64,000 bases of DNA from the human T2T-CHM13v2.0 reference genome, Homo sapiens. The notes under the pieces were generated by a model. The model searched no databases, was not told the origin of the DNA, and saw nothing but the letters and a program-made list of their open reading frames with translations. The DNA lies in assembly GCA_009914755.4 (NCBI GenBank), contig CP068257.2, forward strand, positions 6,624,001 to 6,688,000, read 5' to 3'. The position numbers were made by a program, and so were the translations under genes. Shown in pieces: positions 1 through 16,275 of this stretch (positions within the stretch are counted from its first letter, which is position 1; the number at the start of each line of letters is the position of its first letter).

Positions 1-815
1 CTCCTGCTGTGGTCTGAATGTTTGTCCCTCACATAGGATTCCAGAACATTCATGCTGGGGTCTCAATGTTTCCCTTAACATAGGATTTCAGAACACTGCT
101 CTTGGGGTCTGAATGTTTGTCCCTCACATAGGATTACAGAACACTGCTGCTGGAGTCTGAATGTTTGTCAGTCACATAGAATTCCAGAACACTGCTACAA
201 GGGTGTGAATATTTTTCCCTCACCTAGTATTCCAGAACACTGTTGCAAGGGTCTGCATGTTGGTCCATCATATAGGATTCCAGAACACTGCTGCTGTGGT
301 CTGAATGTTTGTCCCTCACATAGAATTCCGGAACACTGCTACAAGGGTCTGAATGTTTGTCCTTCACATACCATTCCAGAACACTGCTGCCGTGGTCTGA
401 ATGTATGTCCCTCACATAGGATTCCAGAACACTGCTACTAGGTTCTGAATGTTTTTCCCACACCTAGGATTCCAGAACACTTCTGCTGGTGTCTGAATGG
501 TTGTCCCTCACATATGATTCCAGGACACTGCTATGAGAGTCTTAATGTTTGTCCTTCACATAGAATTCCAGAACACTGCTCCCGTGGTCTGAATGTTTGT
601 CCCTCACATAGCATTCCAGAACACTGCTACAAGGGTTTGAAAGTTTGTCCCTCACATAGGATTCCACAACACTACTGCTGGGGTCTGAATGTTTGGCCCT
701 CACATAGGATTCTAGAACACTCCAGCTGGCTTCTGAGTGTTTGTCCCTCACATAGGATTCCTGAACACTGCTGCTGTCGCTATAGTCGTTGTGAGTGTCT
801 GAATGTTTGACCTTC
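1..815. repeat. 48-bp tandem satellite, about 17 head-to-tail units (unit approximately ggattccagaacactgctgctgtggtctgaatgtttgtccctcacata); possibly the pericentromeric 48-bp CER-type satellite
   Basis: The motif 'acatagga' recurs at 31, 78, 126, 174 and so on, a strict 47-48 bp period to about 815; units are 80-90% identical. The family name is from memory only (48-bp satellite described near acrocentric and chr22 centromeres); the consensus was not verified. Confidence 0.85.
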
Positions 816-821
816 AACAAA

Positions 822-960
822 CACCAAATATCCTGGCCCTTTAGTCTTGGACTTTCCAGCCTCCAGATCTGTGAACAATAATCTCTGTTGTTTATGAATT
901 ACTCAGTCTGAAGTATTTTGTTATAGTAGCCTAAAGAGACTAAGAGAGCATCACCTGCCC
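822..960 (+). mobile_element. MaLR (THE1/MST-like) LTR 3'-terminal fragment
   Basis: Contains the characteristic MaLR LTR tail 'ccagcctccagatctgtgaacaataatctctgttgtttatgaattactcagtctgaagtattttgttatagtagcctaaagagactaag'. Confidence 0.45.
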
Positions 961-1099
961 TGTCACCTCATCACCGCATTACTGAAGCTATACTAACAGC
1001 AGTCACTTTACGTGGGTGCTTCATGCATGAGAATAAAGGGAAAAAATTGCAAGGCATACTAAAATCCAAAAAAAGAAAAAAATATAATTTGTGTCAAAA

Positions 1100-1900
1100 G
1101 AGCAAGCTTCAGAAGCAGACAAAGATATGACTTTGGAATTTTTTTTAAACCTCTGGAGAATATGCTAAGGGCCTAATGAATGAAGTAGACAGTATTCAAG
1201 TGTAGATGGGTAATGTTATCAGAAAGACAAACATCGTAAGAACTTTCAACATAATGTAGTGATGAAAAACGTGGTAAATAACTGAAGAATACCTCTGATG
1301 GCTTATTAGTAGACTGGACTCAGCTCAGTAAAAATCTCTGAGCTTGAGGATTTATCATCAGAAACTTCAAAAACTAAAGAAAAGAAACACTGAAAAGAAC
1401 AGAAGATGATATTCAAGACTGTGGGACAACTACAAAAAGTGAAACAGAGTAATGAGAATACCAGGAGGAGAAGAAATAGAGGAAAGTTCTGTAACAACCA
1501 TGTCTGAGAACTTCCAGTATTAATGTCAGACACCAAACCAAAGATCCAGGAAGCTCCGAGAACACCAGGCAGAATAAATGCCAACAACCTACACTTGGAC
1601 ATATAATTTTCAAACTCTATGAAATAAAAGATAAAGGAAAACTCTGAAAGAAACCAGAGGTGGGGCAGAAAACACCTTACCTACAGAGACACAAAGATAA
1701 GAACTGCATTCAACATTGCAGAAACTGTGAAAGCAAGAAGACAGTGAAATGAAAAATTCAAAATGTTGACAGAAAAAAACCCACCAACCTAAGTTTCTGT
1801 ACCCACTGAAACCACCCTTCAAAAGTGAAGGAGAATTAAGGCCTTCCTCAGAAAAATAAAAATTCAAGAAACTTGTTGCCAGGAGACCTGTCTTGCAAGA
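1100..1900 (+). mobile_element. Ancient L1 (L1M/L1PB-grade) ORF1 remnant
   Basis: A + strand translation gives L1 ORF1-like segments (…IIFKLYEIKDKGKL…, …RPVLQEMLNEIL…) with many stops. Confidence 0.6.
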
Positions 1901-1984
1901 AATGTTAAATGAAATTCTTTAGGGAAACAAAAGATATGTAACTGAAACCTGGATCAACATTTTTTTAAAAAGAGCATTAAAGAA

Positions 1985-2600
1985 AGAATTGTGGTACAAT
2001 AAAAACCTATGTATTTATTCTTAATTGATCTGACCAAGAAGTTCATAGACAATAACAAATACACACAGATAGATTATGTATGCTTATACACAATTGAAAT
2101 GAGTAACATTAATACAAGGAATGGAATGGAAGGATTGGAGGGAGGCATTGTGGTACAATAAAAACATGTATTTATTCATAATTGATCTGACCAATAAGTT
2201 TGTAGATAATAATAAATACACACAGATAGATTATGTATGCTTATACACAAGTGAAATAAGGAAAAATAATACAAGGAATGGAATGGAAGGATGGGAGGGA
2301 GGAATCAGGTGTTTTCTTTGTTAAGCAGGTAGTCACCCATGAAGTGGGATAGTGTTATCTGAAAGTGGACTTGAATTGGTTGTAAATGTATATTGAGGAA
2401 TTAGGTGTGTTCTTTGTTAAGCAGGTAGTCTTATTTGTGGGATAGTGGGATAGTGTTATTTGAAAGTGGACTTGAATTTGTTGTAAATGTTACTGAGGAA
2501 TTAGGTGTTTTGTTTGTTAAGCAGGTAGTCTTATTTGTGGGATAGTTGGATAGTGTTATTTGAAAGTGGACTTGCATTGGTTGTAAATGTATATTGCAAA
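1985..2600 (+). repeat. Local tandem duplications inside the old L1 inter-ORF region (2 x about 145 bp, then 3 x about 110 bp)
   Basis: The segment 'gtggtacaataaaaac…tacacacagatagattatgtatgcttatacaca…' is directly repeated twice, and 'ttaggtgt(g)ttctttgttaagcaggtagtc…gaaagtggacttgaattggttgtaaatgt' three times. Confidence 0.75.
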
Positions 2601-2754
2601 TTCTGTGGCAACTAGTTAAAAAAGGTTTTAAAAAGAGAAGTACGTGCTAAGAAAGACAGGGAAAATGTAGTCATCTAAAATCATCAATGAAAACTGCAAA
2701 AGGGAGAAAAAGAGTGGTAGACAAAAGAATGGAGACTGAGGAGAATGAATAGAA

Positions 2755-2865
2755 AACAGTAACAAATATAGTAGATATTAATCCAATGATATCAATAATC
2801 ACTTTGAATGTTAATGGTATGAATGTACCAATTCAAAGGTAGAGATTGTCACAGTCTGTCAAAAG
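2755..2865 (+). mobile_element. L1 ORF2 N-terminal (endonuclease start) fragment
   Basis: 'atcactttgaatgttaatggtatgaatgtaccaattcaaaggtagagattg' corresponds to ITLNVNGLN.PIKRHR at the start of L1 ORF2. Confidence 0.6.
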
Positions 2866-3534
2866 ACAGACACATCTTGTTTCACTGCACTTTGCTTTAT
2901 TGTGTTTTGTGACCATGTGTTTTACATATTGAAGGTTTGTGGCCACCCTGCAATAAGCAGGTCTGACTGGCACCATTGTTCCTACAGCACGTGCTCACTT
3001 CACGTCTCTGTGTCACATTTCGGTCATTCTCACAGTATTTTAAGATTCTTATTATTGAATCTGTTGTGGTGATCTGTAATCAGTGATCTTTAATGCTACT
3101 GTTGTCATTGTTTTGGGAACCACAAATCACACCAGGATAAGACAGCAAACAATTGACATATGCGTTTGTTCTGACTGCCCAACCAACGGGCCATTTCTCT
3201 TTCTCTTTTTCTCAGGCTTCTTTTTATTAATATTAAAATGTGGCCAATTAATAACCCTACAATAGCCTCTATATGTTCATGAAAGAAGAGTTGCATGTCT
3301 GTCACTTTAAACCAAAAGGAAGAAATAATTAAGCTTAGTGAGGAAGGCATGCTGTAAGCAAGACAGGCCAGTAGCTAGACCTCATGCAACAAACACTTAG
3401 CCAAGTTGTGAATGCAAACGAAGTGTTCTGGAAAGAAATTTAAAGTACTGCTCCAGTGAACACATGAATGATAAAAAGCTAAACAATCTTGCTGCTGTTA
3501 TGAAGAAAGTTTAATTGGTCTAGATAGAAGATGA

Positions 3535-3887
<353 letters not shown>

Positions 3888-4744
3888 TCTCTTCAATTCT
3901 ATGAAGACTTAGAGTGGTGAGGCAGCTGCAGAAGGAAAGTCTGAAGCTAGAAGAGCTTGTTTCTTGATGTTTAAGGAAAAAAGTCATCTCCATAACATAA
4001 AAGCGCAAGATAAAGCAGCAAGTACTGATGGAAAAGCTGCAGAAAGCTATCTAGAAGATAACTGATTAAGATGGCTACACTAAATAGATTTGCAATGGAG
4101 ACAAAACAGCCTTCTACTAGAAGGAGATGCCATCTAGGATGTTCCCAGCTAGAGAGGAGTTGATGCCTGGCTTTAAGGCTTCAAAGGACATGCTGACTCT
4201 TTTGTTAAGGGCTAATGCAGTTGGTGATGTTAACTTGAAACCAATGATGATTTATTATTCTGAAAATCCAAGGGCCCTGAAGAATTATGATAAAACACAG
4301 CTCTGTCTGTACTCTACAAATGGGAACAAAGCCTGGATGACAGACTATCGTTTTACAAATACGGTTTACTGAATATCTTAAGCCCACTGTTGACACCTAC
4401 TGCTCAAGAAATAAGATTCCTTTCAAAGTATTACCGCTCACTGACAATGCCCCTGGTACTCAAGGGCTTTTACAGAGATGTATAAAGAGCTGAATATTGT
4501 TTTCATGCCTACTAAACCAACATTCATTCTGGTGCCCTTGGATCAAAGAATAATTTCAACTTTCAAGTCTTATCACTTAAAAAATATATTTCATAAAGCT
4601 ATAGCTTCTCTAGAAAGTGATTCCTTTGATGGATCTGGGCAAAATAATTGAAAACCTACTGGAAAGGATTCACCATTTTAGATGCCATTGAGAACATTCA
4701 TGATTTTAAAAATAAGACCAAAATAGCAACATTAGGAGAAGTTG

Positions 4745-5026
<282 letters not shown>

Positions 5027-5050
5027 GAGAGAGAGAGAGAGAGAGAAGTT
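5027..5050. repeat. (GA)n microsatellite derived from the Alu tail
   Basis: 'gagagagagagagagagagagaag'. Confidence 0.8.
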
Positions 5051-5626
5051 GGGAAGATTATTCCAACCGTCACAGATGACACAGGGGTTCACCACTTCTG
5101 TGGAGGAGGTAACTGCAGATATGGTGGAAATAACAAGAGCACTAGAATCAGAGACAGAGCCTGAAGATCTGGCGAGACTGCAGAAGCCTCTGGAGAAAAC
5201 GTGAGTGGATGAGTTGCTTCCACGGATGAGCAAAGAATGTGGTTTCTTGAGATGAAATCTACTCGTGGTGAAGACAGTGTCAACAATGTTGAGATGACAA
5301 CAGATTTAGAATAAATTTAGTTGGTACAGCAGAAGGAGGGCTTGACAGAATTGAACCCAATGATTTACAATAATACATAAACTTACTTGGTACAGCTGTA
5401 CGAAGGCTTGACAGGATTGAATCCAATTTTGAAAGTTCTACTGTGGGTAAAAAGCTATCAAACAACATCGTATGCTACAGATAATTCTTTTGTGAAAGGG
5501 AGAGTCAATTGACACAGCAAACTTCAATGGTGTCTTATTTTAAGAAATTGCCACAGCCACCCCAACGCTCAGCAACCACCACCTTACATTAAGGCAAGAC
5601 CCTCCATCAGCAAGAAGACTGAAACT

Positions 5627-5895
5627 TGGCCAGGTGCAGTGGCTCACACCTGTCATCCCAACACCTTGGGAGGCCAAGGTGGGTAGATTGCTTGAGCCCA
5701 GGAAGTCAAGGCAACATGGCAAAACCCCAACTCTACAAAAAAAGAAAATACAAAAATTAGCTGGACACGGTGGCATGCATCTGTAGTTTCATCTAGTCAG
5801 GAGTCTGAGGTGGGGGTTTGATTGAGCATGAGGTTGAGGCTGCAATTACTCCAGCCTGAGCCACAGAGTAAAACCCTGTCACGCACACAAAAAAA
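5627..5895 (+). mobile_element. Alu
   Basis: 'ggccaggtgcagtggctcacacctgt…' with an A-rich tail. Confidence 0.9.
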
Positions 5896-6141
5896 GATTG
5901 CAGCTTTCTGAAGGCTCAGATGACTGTTAGCACTTGTTAACAATAAAGTATTTGTAAATTAAAGTGTGCATACTTTGTAGACATATGCTATTGCACACTT
6001 TATACAGCACAGTATAAACATACTTTTACATGCACTGGAAAACCAAAAGAAATTGTATAACTCACTTTATTGCAGTGGTCTGGAACCAAACCCACATATA
6101 TCTCTGATGCATGGCCGTCCTGTATTGTACACTTAAAATAA

Positions 6142-6472
<331 letters not shown>

Positions 6473-6595
6473 TCATTTTTTAAAAAGGGTGAGAATGAGA
6501 AATATATGGGGAGTGATGGTCAAGTTTACGGCATTATTTGTTGTGATGAGTCCTGGGGCGAATACTTATCTCTAAACTCATTAAGATGTATATAT

Positions 6596-7558
<963 letters not shown>

Positions 7559-7709
7559 CAATTTTTAAATATATATAATTAAAAATTAATAAAAAACAGG
7601 TATTTGCAAGTTTCCGTTTTCTTATATGCTTATTATTCTTTAACTTTACATCAGGTTGCTGTGTCAATACACTTAGGAGATCATAGTTTCTAAATTGAAA
7701 TACAAATAA

Positions 7710-8041
<332 letters not shown>

Positions 8042-8234
8042 TGGAATTTTTTTCTAAAATTTACATTTCTGAGTTAAGAATGCTTAAAATATTATAAAAA
8101 CAGAAGCACAATTCATTATGTGTTTCATTAATTACCTCTATTAAAAACAACACAATTATATTTCAATAGGACAAAAAAATGTTTAAGCAAATGAAAACAA
8201 AACCATGACATACCCAAACTCAGGAGGAGGCAAC

Positions 8235-8420
8235 AAAGGCAGTGCTAAAGGGAAGCTTACAGCTGCAGATGCTTAAATTAAAAAGAAGAAAGATCTCAAC
8301 CCCGGTAAAGGGAAGCTTACAGCTGCAGATGCTTAAATTAAAAAGAAGAAAGATCTCAAAGCCATGCTAAAGGGAAGCTTATAGTTGCAGGTGCTTAAAT
8401 TAAAAAGAAGAAAGATCTCA
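8235..8420 (+). repeat. 58-bp segment of L1 ORF2 triplicated in tandem
   Basis: '(c)taaagggaagcttacagctgcagatgcttaaattaaaaagaagaaagatctcaa…' occurs three times and encodes the [19 protein letters not shown] segment each time. Confidence 0.85.
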
Positions 8421-9453
8421 AACCAATAACCTAACATTACACCTAAAGGGAAAAAAAAAAAAAAACTAATGACAAACCAAGCAAAAGGAAGAAAGTAACA
8501 GATTAGAATAGAGATAAGCAGAATAAGATCAGAAAAAAAGGAAAAAAAAAACCACTGAGTTAGTTTTTTTAAAGATCAATAAAAATTTTAAAACTCACAG
8601 CTATATTAAGAAAAAAAGAGAAATCTCAAATACTAAAATCATAAATAAAAGAGGTGACAGTACAACAGATTCCACAGAAATGAAAAAGATTACAAGAGAC
8701 TAATGTGAGCAACCATATGCCACAAAACTGGGCAACCTAGAATAAATTTATAAATTCCTAGAAACACAAACCACCATACTGCATCATGGAGAAATAAAAA
8801 ATCCAAAGAGACCTGTAACTAGTAAGAAGATTCAACCAGTAATCAAAAACCCCCCAAAAAAGAAAATTCCAGGTCCAGATAACTTCACTGGAGAATTTTA
8901 CCAAACATTTCAAGAAGAATTAATGCCAGTCCTTTGCAAAATATTCCAAAAATGTACAAAAACCAGAAGGGGACATTCTAATCCATTCTATCAGGTCAAC
9001 ATTTATCTGGTTCCAGAGCCAGATGAACAACTTTTGTAATAAAAACACTCAAAGAATTAGTAATATATGGAAACTCCTCAGTAAATAAAGATTATACATG
9101 AAAAGCTCACAGCTAACATCATACTGAATGGTGAAAAACTAAAATCTTTTCCTCTAGGATCAGGAATAAGATAGCAACATCTCTTCCTGCCACTTCTATT
9201 CACCACAGTACTGGAATTTCTACTCAGAATAATTAGGCAAGAGAAAGTAATAAAAAGCATGCAAATTGGAAAGGAAAAAGTACAAAATTTTGTTCACAGA
9301 CAACATGATGTAATGTGTAAAAATCCTGAAATTCCACAAAATACTGGTAGAATAATGAAATTCAACAAAGTTTCAGGATACAGTAACACACACAAGTCAG
9401 TTGCATTTCTATAAACTAACAATGAACAATCTGCAAATAAAATTTTAAAAAGA

Positions 9454-10191
<738 letters not shown>

Positions 10192-13086
10192 TTATAAAAA
10201 TTAGAAATAAGCTTAACCAAGAGGGCAAAAGATTTGAACACAGAAAACTACAAAACACTGTTAAAAGAAATTAAACACAAATAAATGAAAAGAAAAGCTG
10301 GGTTTGCAGATTAGATGATTTCATCTTGGAATGATGTCAACACTACTCGAAGTGACCTAGATTCAATACAATCCTTATAAAGATTCCAATGACATTTTTG
10401 ATAAACAGAAAAACCTAACCTAAAACTCATATGGAATCTCCAGGGCCCATGAATAGGCAAATCAATCTTGAAACAGAACAAAATTAAAGGTCTCAAAGCA
10501 ATTACAAAACTGCAATAAGCCGAAAAAAAAATGTGGTCATGGCATAAAGACACTCTTGACACACTTATGGACCAACACAACAGAGACCTCAGAAACCAAC
10601 CCTGGCATATATGGTCCGATGATCTTCCACAAGGATGCCAAGACCACTCAATGGCAAAGCACAGTTTCTTCAACAAATGGTGTTGGGAAAATTGTATAAC
10701 TACATGCAAAACAATGAAGTTGGACTCTTACCTTACACCACGTTAAAATCAATTGAAAGTGAATTATAAACCTAAATGTAAAACTAGAACTATCAAACTC
10801 CTAGGGAAAACAAATTTGGAAAATGCTTTATGACGATGAATTTGTCAATAATTTTTAGGATATGACATTAAAAGCTCAGGCAGTAAAAGCAAAAATATAT
10901 CAAACCTAAAAACTTCTGTACCTCAAAGGTCACAACCAACAGGGTAAAAGGCAAACTGTAGAATAAAAGAAAATACCAGTTGAGTGTCCCTTATTTGAAA
11001 TGCTTGGGATGTGTTTCAGATTTTGTAATATTTGGATTATTCTTACTGGTTGAGGATCTCAAATTCAAACACCTGAGTCTGAGATGCTCCAATAAGCATT
11101 TCCTTTGCTTGTCATGTTGGCACTCAAAAAGTTTCAGACTTTGGAGCATTTGGGATTTCAGATTTTTGGATCAGAGACATTCAACCTATAGTTGCTCATC
11201 ATGTATCTCATAAGAAGTGAACATTCAGAATACGTAAAGAACTCCTACAGAGAGACTACCAGAAGCAGAGAGGAGCAAACACATTTTCACACTAGGGAAC
11301 CTCCTATCTCTCCTGGATTCCAATTAGGGCAGAGTAAGTGCTAGTTCTCTGCCAACCCAGGATTAGGTCCTGCAGCTGCAGTGAAAATAATCACAGAAGA
11401 AAACTAAGAAATAAAAAATGGAGAAAGTGAGACATCAAACTAGAATTACTAGAAACCCCCAGGAAGAAGGAAAAAAAATCCAAGAAAACAGAAAAACAAT
11501 CAAACCAGTTAATTAAACCTTGGTGTGACCAGAAGATCAGGGTTTCCTAAAGGAGTGGAAATTTATTGACTTGAAGAGGATTTATTGATTACTGATTTGA
11601 AGAGGAAGAAAACCATGAATGGTCTAAAGCAAAAGCCTAGTGTCTGAAGAAGTCAGTAGGGTGAAAACAAGAGCTGGCCAGAATGTCCACAGATGGTGAC
11701 AAGTTTGCAAAGCCTTTACTGGACTACTTGTGAAGCTAACTAGAGGCCAAGGAGCCAACACTGACCCTGTCCTTACAGAGAGACCCTACACAGGATTCCC
11801 AGATATACATGGAAGGACAACATCTTATCAGGTCCTCTCTGTGCAGATGTGGTTATCATTCCAAATAATGAGCTCCAGCCCCAAGACTGTTCCATCCTCA
11901 ATTGCTTTGAGTGGGCAATGTAGGCTCTCCACAGACGAGCTACATGTAGGTTCTTTGGGTACCCAGATGGGAGCCGTGAAACATAAACCCTCCATGGTCA
12001 GGTCAGTATCTGTTTCCTGCCTTTTTCCCAGCAATCTCCAGGCCTCAGCAGCAGTGGTCTACCTCTGCTGATTCTCATTCAGAATCTAAACTTAGAAACA
12101 ATTAGAACCTAGACCCCAATTCTACCTGAAAGTAACAGAATAACATAATCTATACCCTGCAGCATGACTGTTTGCCCAACGTAATGAGGATGAACTGAGA
12201 GATAATGAATGATCATGACCCTGGCCCAAGTAACAAGAAGGAACTGTGAGATAAATGAATGATCATGACCAAAAAACCCCACTACAACACAACAAAATAA
12301 AGTGATTAAAAAATGGACAAAGAGCATTCATCCAAAGATGCAAACATGATATACAAATAGCCAACAGATACATGAGATATATGAGAAGATGTGTAACATC
12401 ACTAATCATTACAGAAATGCAAATAGAAATCACAATGGGACATCACTTCAAACCCAAAAGAAAGTAACAAGTGCAGGTGAAACTGAAACTCTTGAACACT
12501 GTTGGTGGAAATATGAACTGGCTTCTCAAAAAAATAAAATAAAATGACCATATGATCCAGCCATCCAACTTCTACAGAGACAGAATAACTAGTAGCAGGA
12601 CCTCAAACAGATATGTGCACACCTATGTTCACAGGAGCATTACACAGCCACTAGGTGGAAGAAACCAAAACGTCCATCCAGGAATAGATGGATAAACAAA
12701 AGGATATACATATATATATATATATATAGAAAATATATATATATGAAGAAGTATTATTCAGCCATAGAAATGAAGAAAATCCTGACACTTCTGCACATAA
12801 CATGGAACCTACTTAAAAAACAAATATTATATAACCCTAGGTATATAAGCCAAATTTTTAGAAACACAAAGTAGAATAGTACTTGCCAGGAGGTAGAAGG
12901 AAGGGGAAATTAATAGTTGTTGAATGGGTATAGAGTTTTCCAAGATAAAAAAAAAATCTAGAAATCTGCTGCACAACAATGTAAATATTCTTAACTCTAC
13001 AAAACTGTATACTTACAACTGGTTATGATTGTAAATTTTAAGGTATGTGTTTGTTACCAAAATTCGAAATTATAAATTATTTATAA

Positions 13087-13387
<301 letters not shown>

Positions 13388-13496
13388 TATAAAAAAATTT
13401 CAAAAAGCCAAAAGATTAATCAAACTGGAATATTTAGAAACATTTAACCCAAAAGAAGATAGGAAAGAATATATAGAAGATCAAAAGACAGAAGAA

Positions 13497-13800
13497 GGCC
13501 AGGCATGGTGGCTCATGCCTGTAATCTGAACACTTTGGGAGGCCAAGGTGGGTAGATTGCTTGAGCTCAGGAGTTCAAGACCAGCCTGTGCAACATGGCA
13601 AAACCCTATCTCTACAAAAAATATAAAAATTAGCCAGGTGTGTTTCCATGCACCTGTAGTCCCAGCTACTCAGGGGGCTCAAGTGAGGATTGGTTGGGCC
13701 TGGGAGGCAGAGGTTGCAGTGAGCCAAGATTGCACCATTGCACTACAGTCTGGGTGACAGAGCAAGACCCTGTCTTAAAAAAAATAAACAAACAAATAGA
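13497..13800 (+). mobile_element. Alu
   Basis: 'ggccaggcatggtggctcatgcctgtaatc…' with an A-rich tail. Confidence 0.9.
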
Positions 13801-14290
13801 AAATAACTAGAAAAATGACAGACCTAAATCCAACCTTAGCAATGATTAGTTACAATGTAACTGGACAAATACTCTACTTAAGACAGAGACTGCCAGACCT
13901 GAGAGGAAGGCAAGACCCAACAATATGGCATCCACAGAGACACAATTTAAACACAAAGACACAAAGTATGAGAAAAATATGCTATGCAGACACTAAACAT
14001 AAAAATATGCTATCCAGACACTAATCATAAAAAGCTTCAACAGAGATGTTAACACTAGATGAAAGAGGCTTCAGAACAAAATATATCACCAGAAATAAAC
14101 AGGGTAATTTAATAAAAATAAAAGAATCAGAGAGGATGATGTTACAATTATAAATTGTGCCTCAAAGTGCACACAAACTACACACACACACACAGAGCCT
14201 CAAAGTATGTGAATCAAAAACAACAGAACAAAAGCAGGAAATTGACAATCCAAAATTATAGCTAGTGAATTAATACTGCTCTCTCAGTAA
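13800..14290 (+). mobile_element. Separate old L1 ORF2 5' (endonuclease-region) fragment
   Basis: Translation is weakly L1 EN-like (…RQDPTIW.PQ..H…K.THRLK…, …IASELILLSQ…) and strongly decayed. Confidence 0.45.
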
Positions 14291-15879
14291 CTGATGGAAC
14301 AACCAGATGAAAATATAGGAAAATACGGATCTAAATGACAAAATCCTGACCCAAATGGTACTTGGCAGTGCCAAGATAGACTGTATGTCAATCGATTGAG
14401 AAAAGGTTCAAGCCTGAAATAGTATACAAAGTATGTTGTCTGAACACTTGAAATTAAATTAGAAACCAACAACAAATTGATATCCAGAAAAGCCTCAAAT
14501 GTCTAAAAACCAAGTAATAAACTTTGAAATACCCTGTGAGTCAAAGAAGTATTCACAAGGGGAACTGGAATGTATTTGGAATAAACTTGTAATAAAAATC
14601 TCATTTCTGGTAGACTAAAGGTGACAAATTCTTTCCTGCCTCTCTCTCTGTGAGAACCAATTCCCCTTAAACCTTGACCAGACTAGTGACTTATTTAGCC
14701 AACAGAAGGTGACAAAGGTGGTATTTGGGGACTTCAGAAGCCAGGCTGAGAAAACAGAACACTTATCCAGGAGAAAGCCAGTCACTAGGCAGGAAATCCC
14801 ACTCCCCTGAGACCTCATGATGGAAACCACAAGGCCAGTCCATGACTAGCTACACGCATTGACATACCCCACTGAGCCTGCAGCAACACCAACTCCCAAC
14901 AACTAGTGAGCCTTCAGCAACATCCACTCCCAACCACTAGTGAGCCACCCTGCACACCACCCCACTGTGCTTTCACACAATCCAACTTGGCTGCAACTGT
15001 GTGTGATGAGCTGGCCACCAAGACTCTCTAAGCCAAAAAACAAGTAATAATGAGTTGTTTTACTTCAGAATAGATAACTGGAACAGAATATGGCAGCTGG
15101 AAATGAGCTGCTCTGGTAATCAGAAGCTACAATATGTGACACGACTGTGAGGCTGACCTGTAACTGGGCCTCAAGGAGACCATTCATGCAACCAGGAAGG
15201 GCATTAAGACTCTTGGTCAGAGCCTGAAGGACGGTGAGAAAATATCATTGGAAACTGGAGAAAAGGCCTGAGAGTTACGTGCTGAGGGACTGTGGGAAAA
15301 CTACGGCCACAACATGGAAACTGAAAGGACACTGCACCATCTCAGGGATCTGCCTAAGGAGACATCTGGGAAGAACATGGAAAGTGCTACCAGCCTCCCC
15401 TAACTGTCACTGAATAAATATGACAGGAGAGGGACATGATCTAAAGAAGAAGGTTCAGTTTTCAAACAGAATTTAGAGAAAATATAAAGAAATAATTTCT
15501 TATCTCAAAAGGCCAAAGTAAAAAAAAAGAAAAGAAAAGAAAAGGAAAAAAAATGAAAAAGAAGCCATTGAATACCCTATTGACCCTAAGAAAAAGGCAG
15601 GGAAAGTTGGTCAACGGCAACCCAGGCACCGAAGGAAAAAGAACATGGAGAATGACAAAAGCCCGGAGGGAGGAGTAAAAGGACACAAACACCATTCTCA
15701 GGGACCGGGACTGGGTGCCGTTCTCAGGGACCAGGACTGGGCACTAATCACAGAACTGTAACAGGCCCCCCATGGGAATGACCAACTCTTAGACTAGGCC
15801 TGCAGGGCAGCACTTCCCTCTTGCCTCCCACCAAAGCTTCTAAAGGGAAATGTCGACTGTTTTCACAGCAGTCCCCTCA

Positions 15880-16275
15880 CTGTGGCTGAGTTTGTGGGCT
15901 CAGATGATAGCTCACAACAACCTGATTCAGTCCCCACTGTGGCTGTGTGTGGGGGGTCAGTGACAGGCCACCACAACTTGATTCTGTCCCCACTGTGGCT
16001 GTGTGTGGGGGGTCAGATGACAGGCCACCACAACTTGATTCAGTCCCCACTGTGGCTGTGTGTGGGGGGCAGATGACAGGCCACCAAAACCTGATTCAGT
16101 CCCCACTGTGGCTGTGTGTGGGGGGTCAGATGACAGGCCACCACAACTTGATTCATTCCCCACTGTGGCTGTGTGTGGGGGGGCAGATGACAGGCCACCA
16201 CAACCTGATTCAGTCCTCACTGCGGCTGAGTGTGTGTGGGTGCAGGTGACAGGCCACCACAACCTGATTCAGGAT
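15880..16275. repeat. 56-57-bp minisatellite, about 7 units (unit approximately tccccactgtggctgtgtgtggggggtcagatgacaggccaccacaacttgattcag)
   Basis: 'tcccc' unit starts fall at 15931, 15987, 16044, 16100, 16157 and 16214. Each unit carries a G6-7 run. Confidence 0.9.

Noticed and set aside
1-820. ORFs 205..441, 224..463, 514..810 and 542..820 over the 48-bp satellite, translating as repeated 'IPEHCC.GLNVCPSHR'
   Set aside because: Same artefact: a 48-bp period is a multiple of 3, so the frame is maintained across units. The peptides are just the repeated unit.
2121-2324. ORF with 'NGMEGWEGG' and nearby 'ggaatggaatggaagg' strings, suggesting a stray HSat3 fragment at 2.1 kb
   Set aside because: Only two 'ggaatggaatggaag' occurrences, embedded in an approximately 145-bp tandemly duplicated L1-derived segment. 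It is not satellite.
4127-4372. 81-aa ORF with clear transposase similarity, considered as a domesticated Tigger/pogo gene (e.g. a CENP-B or TIGD-like gene)
   Set aside because: It sits between canonical Tigger1 TIRs with frameshifts on both sides and three Alu insertions: a dead transposon copy, not a host gene.
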